A stretch of DNA of 64,000 nucleotides from Euprymna scolopes (lineage: Eukaryota), in assembly GCA_053919585.1 (NCBI GenBank), contig CM132794.1, one strand, 5' to 3'. The translations under genes were made by a program, and so were the position numbers. Below are positions 13,195-24,529 of the stretch, in pieces; position 1 is the stretch's first letter; the number at the start of each line of letters is the position of its first letter. The notes beneath the pieces were generated by a model, which worked only from the letters and a program-made list of their open reading frames with translations, was not told where the DNA came from and made no database searches.

Positions 13195-16100
13195 GAATGA
13201 AATTTGGTTACGGCCATATAAAGAACATTTTTATCTTTTAAATATGATTAAGTAAAAAATAAAAAGGTCAGGAAAGCAATCTGCCCAGGTTTGAATCTCG
13301 TTAAACAGCGCTAAATGGAGTTTTGAATATGATTATGATGCGATGGAGATTATAGCGAGGAGAATGGAAAAACAGGAATCAAATAGAAACAAGATTAAAT
13401 CCGAGAATGTATTTTCTTTGCTTACAAAGATAAGCTCACAAATGTATTCTGGAGTTTTAGGTTATAGGGAAGTTCAACTTACAGAGAATGTGGAATAAGT
13501 TGACACCAAACCTAGAGGTATACGAATGGTTATTTATACGATGTTTGGTGATGGAAGATCTGTATGTATTATTCAGATAATCCTGCGGCAAATAATCAAA
13601 TGTGCAAGTGTAGATAATCCAATTGCGAATAATATCAAACCAATCTGAAACGACGAACAGTGTACTGACCAACGATTTTAGGTGTCAATCAACCGCTTGT
13701 ACCAAATTTCCAAAATGCAAACAAAAACTTAGCGGACATTATCGGGAATACACACAAAATAGTAACCGCTATTTTATCCTAAGATCCTGATTACGTGGGA
13801 GGCAAAATATAGATGGCGGGCAAGTCTTCCACAACTGCGAACATTTGACAATACAAGTGTCGTATCTCGCCAATATTTAGATTTATAGGGTGTACTTCAG
13901 TTGATACGTATATTTGGAACCCATGAAATCGAAGAAAGAAAGAAAGAAAGAAAGAGTGGATGAATAAAAACTTTGATGATGAATCAAAAGAAAGTGTTCA
14001 GTGTCATCAAACACTATACTGATANNNNNNNNNNNNNNNNNNNNNNNNNNNNNNNNNNNNNNNNNNNNNNNNNNNNNNNNNNNNNNNNNNNNNNNNNNNN
14101 NNNNNNNNNNNNNNNNNNNNNNNNNNNNNNNNNNNNNNNNNNNNNNNNNNNNNNNNAATTATTTGTATCTTGGTTGTGTTTTCACAACGTTTCTACGGAT
14201 GTAACGTCTACCCATTTTCATGTGTATTCACACTGATGTGGCGTGACCGCAGCCGGGAACGGTAAGATTCCCCATTGAGGGGAGATAAACACTCCTGAAA
14301 CACTGAAGAAGGCCGGGCAACTATACTTGTATTAATTGTTAAGTATTATTGTGACCTGTGACAGGGACCCTTTCACACTAGATGTTATTGGTAAATAGTG
14401 AAAAATGTTTGTTTTATTGTTTTCCCAACGAACATAGCGTTAGAAATTCAAAACGCAAATAGCGCCAAGACTTTTTTTTAAAAATAAATTCGAGTTCATT
14501 CGGGTTTTTTTTGTTGTTTTTTTTTGTTTTTTGTTTTTTTTTGTTTGTTTTTTTTTTTTTTTTTTTTTGATATGATGAATGTTTATTTTTGAGGTGAGGA
14601 TTATTAATTATTTTTTATATTATTTGGTCTATGATTCTCATCTTGGTTGTTTTTTCCACAACTTTTCGGCCGATATAACCTCCGACCATCTTTATTTGTG
14701 TTTGGAATATTTAAAAGCTATTTTCGTTGGGAAAGTAAATGAAACAAACATTTTCCACTATTCACAAATAACATCCAGCCATAATAAGTTTGATTTATGC
14801 TCTCTAGAGACAAGTCGATATGAAAAGAGAACAACCTTTTCAATTAAGCGCAAACGATTAGTCGCATGTTGCAACACGCCCGGAAAAAGCGAACGGACTG
14901 CGAACTTTTTTTCCATTATAAGAAGGGTAAATATAGTTTTAAAAAGATTAAACCCTGTTCAAAAGTCACAAGAGAGTTAACAAAAACTCTTAAATGTAAT
15001 TATGAGATGCTTGAATGAAGTTTTGAAAAGATCCAAGCGGAACGTTATGTTTGGTTCATTGAGTCTAGCAGAAAAGTAGCTTTGGAAATATTCTTTTTGA
15101 GAATATGTTTCACGCGCTGGCTGAACTACTCGAAAAGAAACATGGCCGCCTTAATCTAATCCTCTCTTGCTCTAAACTTGACCCGTCCAATCTAAACATG
15201 ATCAGTTGAAAACTAGACGAAATGTTATCAAAGAGTAAATTACATTCACATGCCTTTAGACTGTTCAGAGACGAGTCTATATAATGCCTACTACCAGACT
15301 ACATCACATAACTAGTAAGCAGAATAGACTCTTGTCCTCCACTTTTTTCTTAGTATGCATATAACACACAAGCACACGGACTTTATTCACTCATGTTTTT
15401 TTTATTAAAGACATCGGCGATTTAGTATCCAGTTTACTTGCTTCCCTTTGCAAATCGGAAGTTATCGAACGCGAATTGAAATTATGTGAATATCTTTTCA
15501 TCTTTGGTTATTCTTTCTTCTAATCCCCTGCTTATGTATTGCGAGTCGAGTTCACGACATTACAAGGATATTGGAGATGGACTCCCATAACCAGAAAGTG
15601 GTTAGATAAGTATGTTTCAGTTTAAACACAGATGGTACAATATCTTCGGGTCCGCATTGCTGCCGGATTTCCATAGAATTGACTAACTGCTTTTACGCAC
15701 GGCACCAATGTGCAGCAGATGAATGATACAATTGTGGAGTTGTGGCGCGTGCCAATATATACAAGTTTATCTACAATATATCTTATGTAAAAGATTATGA
15801 ATGTCATCAACTCACGCAATTGTAATTATTTTTCGATTTAAATCATGAATTATAAAGAAAGATATAATTCTAGTTGTATCTTATGAAACAATAAGTTTTA
15901 TGTTTGATTTCTGGTATTTAAATAGTTTGATTCATTGGAATAAATTAACACTGCTACTAGTGAAATACAGATGGAAAACTGCATTAATAATAATCGATTA
16001 ATAGTTTTCAATATCATCCACATAATAGCCTAATGCACTGAATCAGTTAATTAACGGGTTCTGAATAGATATCTAATTTTCTATTGAAGTGGTTGTGATT

Positions 16101-16416
16101 GTGATTTGCTAGTTTGCTTGGAATTTGTAATTTTATACACAAATACTAGTATCTACCTCTTTGTACAAACAAAACAGAGTCTAGTGATCTACACTAAACT
16201 ATTTTTGAAACATTCACGAGAAAAGTAATCGTTTCACAACTTAATCTTAACAACAACAATAACTAATCTATCTTTCTCAGACTTTTCTATTAAGTTTTCT
16301 TCTATCTACCTTATTTTCCAAACTTTTTACACCGACCTGATTATCGGTACGACCTTAAATTACATACATGCATACACACACATATATATGCGCGTGCGTG
16401 TGTGTATAATATTAGA

Positions 16417-16455
<39 letters not shown>

Positions 16456-16457
<2 letters not shown>

Positions 16458-17964
16458 CCGTGCCAGAATTATATGAAAATCGATATTTTTGTTCTAACTC
16501 CGATAGATTTCAATGAAAATTCGTGAAACTTCGCACGTTATATGGCAACACTAACATATGTGCAGATATAAAATGTTAAGCTGATCTGCGCAATAGCGAG
16601 TAAACGGCAGCCATTTTGGTGACTTGTATTTTTTCAGCGTGCTAACTTTATATGCAAGATGGGACGTAAAGGTGCTTTAAGTCAAGCTGAGAAGTCTAAA
16701 ATTGTTCAAATGCTCCATAATAAGATTTCCACCTAAAAAAATGCCAAAGAATTACACCGTGATTATCGTACAATAAAAAAATATTGTACTAAGCCTCAAC
16801 TTTGCAACGGACGTTCTAACAAAGGGAAAATTCATAAAAAAAATCATATCTGTCACGTTGACAATGAGAAAGATCAAGAGAAAAGTTCGCTGTAACCCAC
16901 TTGAAACTAGCAAACAAGTTTTTGAAAAAGCTGGCGTTCCTAATATGCCCAAATCAACTCGTTGTCGTATCCCGAGGACGATTGCAAAATTTGGAAAGTC
17001 AGAGGTTCGCCCTTAATTGAAGGAAAAGAGAATGGAGTGAGCAAGAGATCACATGAAGGTGAATTTTTAAACTGGTTTGTTCACCAATGAGTGTCGAGCG
17101 ACCCTTGATGGACCCGATGGGTAGAGGGGAGGATGTTACCATTACCCCAAAGGATCAGGCGTCAACAAGGAGGTGGTGGTGTGATGTTCTGGGTTGCAAT
17201 CATTGGCAACGAGCTGGTAAGACCATTCAGAGTCGCAGCTGGAGTGAAAATTACCGCCAAACTCTACATTGACTTCATTAAGGAACACTTCGAACCCTGG
17301 CACAAGAAGAAGGATTTGGCATTCCGAAAAAAGATGGTATTCATGCATAATAATGCACCGTCTAATTCTGCAAGGATAGCCACTGAATATTTCGAGAGAG
17401 TTTTGCTAGACATGGGAAATAATGTTCTCCAGATTTAAATCCCATCGAAAATCTGTGGAGCATCTTGAAACAAAATATTTACTCCAGAGGAAGGCAGTAC
17501 AACTCCAAGGATGACCTCTGGAATGTTATTCTGACTGCTGCCAAAGATATTTCATCAGATGAAATTGAAAGTTTGACATCTTCAATGACCAAAGGCTTTT
17601 TGCTCTTGTGAATAAAAATTGCAATTATATAAGATATTGATTGTACTATGAAACCATATCGAAGTTGTTTGTTCTTTATTATTGTTGTTCTCAATTTACA
17701 AAGTCGTAGAATAACCAATGTTTCGATGATCTTTTAGCACTTCACCATATTTTAACATCAGTTTGCATATAAAGCTGGCACGCTGAAAAAAATGTGAATC
17801 ACCAAAATGGTTGTCAATTGTTTATTCCTGTGCAGATTAGCTTAAAATTTTATATCTGCGCTTGTGTTAGTGTTGCCATATAACGAGCTAAATTTCACAT
17901 ATTTTCATTGAAAACTATCGGAGTTCGAACAAATATATCGATTTTCATATAATTCTTGCACTGG

Positions 17965-17965
<1 letters not shown>
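16456..17965 (+). mobile_element. Full-length Tc1-family DNA transposon with ~200-bp imperfect TIRs
   Basis: 16456-16657 is inverted at about 17763-17965. (TA)n on both sides. Transposase remnant inside. Confidence 0.92.
16659..17632 (+). pseudogene. Tc1 transposase pseudogene
   Basis: MGRKGALSQAEKSKI start, FTNECRATLDGPDG, RRQQGGGGVMFWVAI, FMHNNAPS and PDLNPIENLW. Stops and frameshifts present; the first two catalytic Asp read as Asn. Confidence 0.9.
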
Positions 17966-18052
<87 letters not shown>

Positions 18053-20056
18053 CTATTGTATGAGCCGTATATAATTTTTGTATAAACTTTGGCCTGATGG
18101 CGAAGCTACGATTCCGCCGACTGAAATCCAATGCCAATTTTTTTATGCTGTTGGCCGGTATCTTGGTAGTTATGCATTCGCCCACTTCAACCTTTATTGT
18201 AGCTAAACGAGTTGTTTGAGATGTCCGTATCATCCAAACAGTATTGTAGGATATAATTCTTTAAATAATCAAACATATTTTTAGTTTTTCCTCAAAATAG
18301 ATACTAGAAGATGCTGACTGAATATCAATCATGTTGAGGACAAAGATTACTAATACCAAAAAGGAATGTGTTCAAAAACTGGTGTTTTTTGTAATGTTTT
18401 TTTTTTAAGTAATGTTTGCTCTTGTTTCTCTTCTTTAATGGTTCCACCTTTACAGTGAAAGTTCCTTCTGAGAGTAAAATCTTCCGAGAGAGTTGTATTT
18501 TGATATTCTCAGAGCAAACAAATTCTAGGAATAAAAATAATTAGCATACCTAATTAAATTTATTGAACCGATAAATCCTTGGTATACCGTCAACCAAAAC
18601 AAATCAAACTAATGTTATGTTTGAGGAGTGTCAGAGTTTTTCTTAGATTCGATATGGCAATTCTGAAGGAGTTATGTTTTTTGAGAACAATATATACTTA
18701 GAGCAAAATTTCTATAAATATATATAATTACCATACCTTTTAATATATATAGATTATGCTACCTATTGAATCATATTTTAAACCTCTTAATATTTTAAAT
18801 TTGCATTACATTTTATCCACATTCATCAAGTACAAATAAAGGTAATTTTTTTTAATTGTAATATAGTTTTATAACCCCTTAAGCTTTGATCTTTCTAAGG
18901 TCAAAATCATCTAATGGATTCTAATAAAAATTGACATCAGAACATATAATTTAATCTTCGTAAGAGGTTATAAAAGTGGTGCAAAATTATTCTGTTAGGG
19001 AAATCAACTTTACCTGTTGGAGGACAAATATTTTTCTACGACTCTACACATAAAAATGTAATTACTTAATATCAATTTGGAACGTAGATCAGGGGAGAAA
19101 AAATAAGCAGAAAGGGCGTGTGTACCAGCGAATGCAACTTTTCTGAACAGTGCACACGCCTGTCTGTAAATCAGACCGTCGACAGCAATCGGCCTTGACC
19201 TTTCTCGGTGAAAATTAGCATTTGTTTATTTGCACTTCTACGCCAGGATGATTTGCAGTCTGCAGACAGTTTTCCTACATGAAATTCCATAGGGAACGTT
19301 GGTGAAGACTGATTGCTCTTAACAAATACCCCCGATCAAGAAGTGATAATTTGAAACCGACGTCAGCCGAGTATATAGTGGCAACACCAGCAACGCATGC
19401 GCGTAGGCACGCACACACATACACACATACACACATACACACACACACAAATAAAGACGCATACAGATATTCCCAAGCTATACCCATGAAAAAGAGGCGG
19501 TGTTTACAACTCGTTTCGTTGTTTACAATGCAGTTTATAATAAGCAAAACTATACATTAAGAAAGATAATCGATTATATAAAGGCGCATGTGTATGTTTG
19601 TGTGTATATCCATCTAAAAGTAAAAAGACTTCACAAAACAAACCCACAGAGCTGATCCATTATTTTTCAATATAGGACATAATGCGGAAACACTTTTGTA
19701 ATATTTATTCTTTTGGGAATCAACACGAAAAAAAAGTTCTAATGTCAGTCTCAGCAAAATGTACCAGGTCTCGATCGTCGATATGCACGCTGCCGAATTT
19801 TTTGTGACGTCAATCTTCAGAAGAGATCGAATACTAATGGCTTGCTGATTATCACCAGTATGTCAGTACTTGGGGTATTCCTGTTAGTCACTGTAAAAGT
19901 TATGCTGCTAACACTGTGGCATTTACCGCGTACCGTCAGAATCGCGGTACTTTTCCGTACTTTGGGTTGAAATAATGACCCATTCACAACGGACGTGCTA
20001 TGAATTTAAACCATTGATCCTTATATTTATTACGCGGGGCACTTCTAGTTAATCTG

Positions 20057-20084
<28 letters not shown>

Positions 20085-20087
<3 letters not shown>

Positions 20088-20830
20088 TAGTGGTGGCCTC
20101 CTGACGCTTGTTTCATGTACCGGACACCTAGATGTAACATGTCCTTGCTGTTTGGCACCGACAACAGTGTGTCTCCAGGAGAGCTATCTTGCTTTAACCC
20201 CGGGCTGCCAGCTGTCTCTGGTAAAATGATATGGATATCCCTACATGCGGCACTGCACTTCTTTTTGTCGAGGGTTGAAGGGGGAGGTCCACAAACACAC
20301 AAGGAAAAATTCTGCGTCACCCAGCCGCCATTCATCTCTGCCTTATCCGTCATGAGAGCTCGAACTCTAGCAAGAATCTGTTCTAGGTCACGTGCTCCAT
20401 CCTTGAGGACCGACGCAATTGCTGTTTAACCGTAGCATAGAAATCAGACACGAAAGCGCAACTGAGACATCAGTCAGACAGGTTTTCTTCGATTAGACGT
20501 GCCAGGTCCTGTATATCATCAAATTTAACAAAAGGGTCTGGTGCAAAAGCCACGAAGTATACTGGTTTCACCTGCATTAAATAATTCATCCGGTCACGGA
20601 TTAATTTTCGGTATACTGACAGAGCACCGCCTATCAGCCAGAGGGTAAAACATGCACAACGTTGTAAACACCACATATTTCTCACACCAACTCCACCTGA
20701 TCCAACCACTCAGACACTGTGATCGGGTGAGACGCCATGAAATTCAGGAATCATCCGAATGTCAAAGGTTTTGCCTGCGATTAGTTTGCTGGAATATTTT
20801 GTTCTGTAGGGTTTGAAAAATCATAGCTAA
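20085..20830 (-). pseudogene. Gypsy-like gag remnant
   Basis: Minus strand reads FDIRMIPEFHG..HSVSEWLDQVELV..LIGGALSVYRKL..AFAPDPF..QILARVRALM across frameshifts, typical of LTR-retrotransposon gag N-termini. Confidence 0.65.
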
Positions 20831-21272
20831 CAGTACAGGAACTTTTTGCAAGTGCGAATTCTTTCTCGATCACTGTTTTTCATACGCATGCGCGTATTTT
20901 TACGAATATTTACTGATAAATATACTGTTGATTTTCCTTGGAATTCATCCCCTTTGTGTTCAATCAATCTAGCTACGTCACTTTGCTTACTTGGTTCATC
21001 TTTATAGTCAGGCCACATCTCTTGCATTTTCTTTTTCTCCTGGTTCCCATGAGTCAATAGAGAAGAGAGCACACCTTTTGTTTATATGAGGTGATATTGT
21101 TTGAGCATTACTACTACAAATAATTTTTAATAAGTAATTAGTTTTAAAGAGTTGTGTGATCAATCCTAGTGAGTCTATAATAATTAATGCTGAAGTTGTG
21201 CTCATTATTGTTTTCCTAACCTTAATGTAAAAAAAGTATTTGAAAATAATTCCAATTTGCACAATAGGGTAA

Positions 21273-21340
<68 letters not shown>

Positions 21341-22594
21341 AGAGGCTGGTTGATATCGGTTGATAAATTAAGAAATAATCATAACAGAATAAGAAATAGT
21401 TTTTTATCTCTACGGCAAACGGTGAATTTAAATTCAAATATAAATATGAAAGCATGCACACCCCCGCCTTCGGCGAGCGTGAATTTAAATTCAATAAAAA
21501 AATAGATAATAATAACAAATAAATAAACGCACTAGTGTTCGAGGCGTAGACACACACCCCTCCCTCTGAAAATGCAATCCGCGAGAGAGCTCACTGTCAG
21601 CGAATCTGATGTAAAGGGAAAGGGAGAGAAAGAAAAAGTGAAATCGACGCGGACGAATAAAGAAAGCAGTTTTTGAACTGAGCGTTTTGTCAAAAAAAAA
21701 CGATAGCGTTCGTATAAAAAAAAATTGAGAGGCAAGAAAAAAAATAGAAACGAAAAAGAGACTGGTGAGAGCAGTGAACGTTGTCAAATGTACCGGTTGT
21801 TTTGTTTACGTTTGAGCGAATAATGAATAAAAAAAAACTCGCTATGAGCCAGTGGTGCTCAGGAATGCCCAAAGCGCAGCGTAAACAGATTTCCCTGAAA
21901 TAAACAGGAGTTGAATTCTTTCAGCCGAGAATGGACTTCATGGAAAGTTCACGGAGAATATATTAAGATGGATAAGAAGAGGGTTGCAACGAACAAAAAT
22001 ATCGTCATGTCGACGGGCGTCCCCATCCAAGAAAAATCAAACAGGAAAAATCAAACAGGAAAAATCTCGCGAATAATGAACTTTGCGGAGACATTATGAA
22101 ACACGAAAGTCAAATTGGATAAAGTTAAGTGACTATTATGATTTACCCATCCCGATATCCCCGCTCCTTGTCCTTGGTCGAACTGTCATACCATAATGGA
22201 AATGGTATATACATTTTCTCTTATATTATTTTTTTTGTTTGTCACCTTATTTTCTTTTCTTTCTTTTATGATGTTTCTTTTTTATCATCCGACCTCACCC
22301 CAACCTATTGCGGTGTGATATTAAATTTAAGGATGTTGAATAAAATTCGTGTTTTAAGATTCTAGCGTTGTGTCATTCTTGCTTTGTGTTTGAATCGTTC
22401 GGAACAGAATGTGCTAAAGAGAACCTCAGACAATGTGTCAAATAGGTCATAAATCGTGGCCGACACTTTACTTGTCATTATTTTATTTTTATTTTTATAT
22501 TGTGTTACGGACAACGTAGGGTAAAGCGCTGACCTAGAGTCATAAGATTCTTACCAAGGGACATCCACTCCGACTCAGCTTCATACCGGTCCGT

Positions 22595-22643
<49 letters not shown>

Positions 22644-24191
22644 TACTTCATTCAATCACATCTATCTATATTTTTATAAAGTAATAGGGTTCGTGTGTTT
22701 CTGTCTGTGTGTACAGCTCTCCATCATCAACGAAATATAAAGGAGGTAAGAGGGTAGATCTCTCCTGATAGAGAAACATTAGAACCCATTTTAGGATGTT
22801 TCTGTTATAGGAGACATAAGAATCTATGCCTAATTTCTTTATATACTAGTCTACAAACCACCCCCATATCGAATGACTTATGCTCATTTGCATATCACAT
22901 TATATTAAATCTCTTTAACTAATTACCTCGACCTTATTACATATTGGAAATATTCTAATCATTTCAACTGTACTATTTACAAAATCTATTTAACATTTAA
23001 TTATTTAATATATTTTCATTTAATTTTATATTCGATTTATTTCACTTTACGTATATTATCAAAACAATTCATTGGCGAGCAAAGCTTTATGTTTTGGGAT
23101 TGTATTGAAAATGTAATGGAAATTTCAATTTCGTTCCGTTTTAATCTTTTATATTACAATTCAACTATCGTAATTTTTTATAAATAAACAAAAACAAATA
23201 TTTTAAAATAAAACTTTATTAAAAAATAAATAATTTTATTTTTAAATGAAAAAAATCAATTTAGTAAAATAATTGTATTAACCACCCCCAGCCTTGTCAG
23301 CAAACCTGTAAACCTATAAAAGTTAACATTTCGAATGTAAACAGTGATTTTTCGATTTTGTTAGCGCTTGCCGCAATTAAAGACAATTAAAACGGAACTA
23401 ACTTTATTTCCATTCTATTTTTTAAACAACCCCCAAAACATAACGCTCTCTTCCAGTTATAGCCAATTTTTTTTTTAATTAAATAAAACAGGTCAAAATA
23501 AACAGATAAGCGCATTTTCTTTTACATTTTTCTTACAACCATTGTCATTTAACCAACTGCAGGATATCGTTACTTTTGTGGGGTTGTTTTGAAAATGGCA
23601 CGGAGATTATAATTTCGTTCCAATTTAATCTTTCTGGTCGAGCCTATTTCGAAAGCCTGTTTATCATAGATTTGAACTACAAATAATTTATTACATTTTG
23701 ATTATTACTATCTTAAGACTTAAAGCTTATATTTATTTCATTTTTCTATTTATATATTGAATTAGTTATTTCCAGTCTTATTTAAACTTAGTGCTTTCTT
23801 TAAACCGGATGAACCTTTTATAAAAATATGAGTTTAACGTAAAGAACACGAACAAGGTTTTATTCAACTGAATTTCTTCCAGTTTACTAACAAAATATAT
23901 AAATTTAGAAGAGATATAAATAATAAAATAAAAAGGTTATGTAATTTAAAAGAAATACACGTACTCACAAAAGCAGAACTTTTTTTACACATTTTTTTCT
24001 TTAAAACCATAACAATGAGACTAACAATTACCTAGATCTTAGTAATTATTTGTTTTAATAGAACTGTTTTAATTGTACTGTTTACTTAGTTAACCTAAGT
24101 TGGTATTACATTTATTTTACAGTTACTTTTTTTTTTAATTATTACTTTTAGACTGTGACGTTTACACCCGGAAGTAATGAGTCACACGTAG

Positions 24192-24393
24192 GTCGCTTTT
24201 ATTCATTCCTTTTGGTCAAGATCAAAGTGTAGTATCTGTTCTTCAGATGCTGCACTTCATTTTCTTGTTCTCTTTCAGTGGAGGAGAAATCCTTCACGAC
24301 TGAGACAATTTTTATTTTTGTACCTTTTCTCCACGTTAAAAAACGACCCTGGTGTCTAACTCTGTCCCGTGGGGAGGCATAGTAAATAGGTAC
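24192..24393 (+). ncRNA. U2 snRNA-like module inside the Helitron
   Basis: TCGCTT..CCTTTTGG..AAGATCAAAGTGTAGTATCTGTTCTT (24218-24243) matches the U2 5' domain as I recall it, including the branch-point recognition sequence GTAGTA (24229-24234). Sm-like ATTTTTG at 24314-24320. Stem-loops downstream. The 3' boundary is inferred. Confidence 0.75.
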
Positions 24394-24529
24394 AATATAA
24401 TTGTTTATAATTGTACTATTCAGAAATATTATTTATAGTTCGTCCATTTCAGTTAGTATACATTTCCTTTACGCTTAATTAATTTACAATCATTAATATC
24501 GTTAAACAATTCCGTTTAAAACCGAAATT

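Noticed and set aside
22886-22894. Octamer ATTTGCAT as an snRNA distal element for the U2-like module
   Set aside because: It is ~1.3 kb upstream, far from the usual position of roughly -200 to -250, and is plausible by chance.
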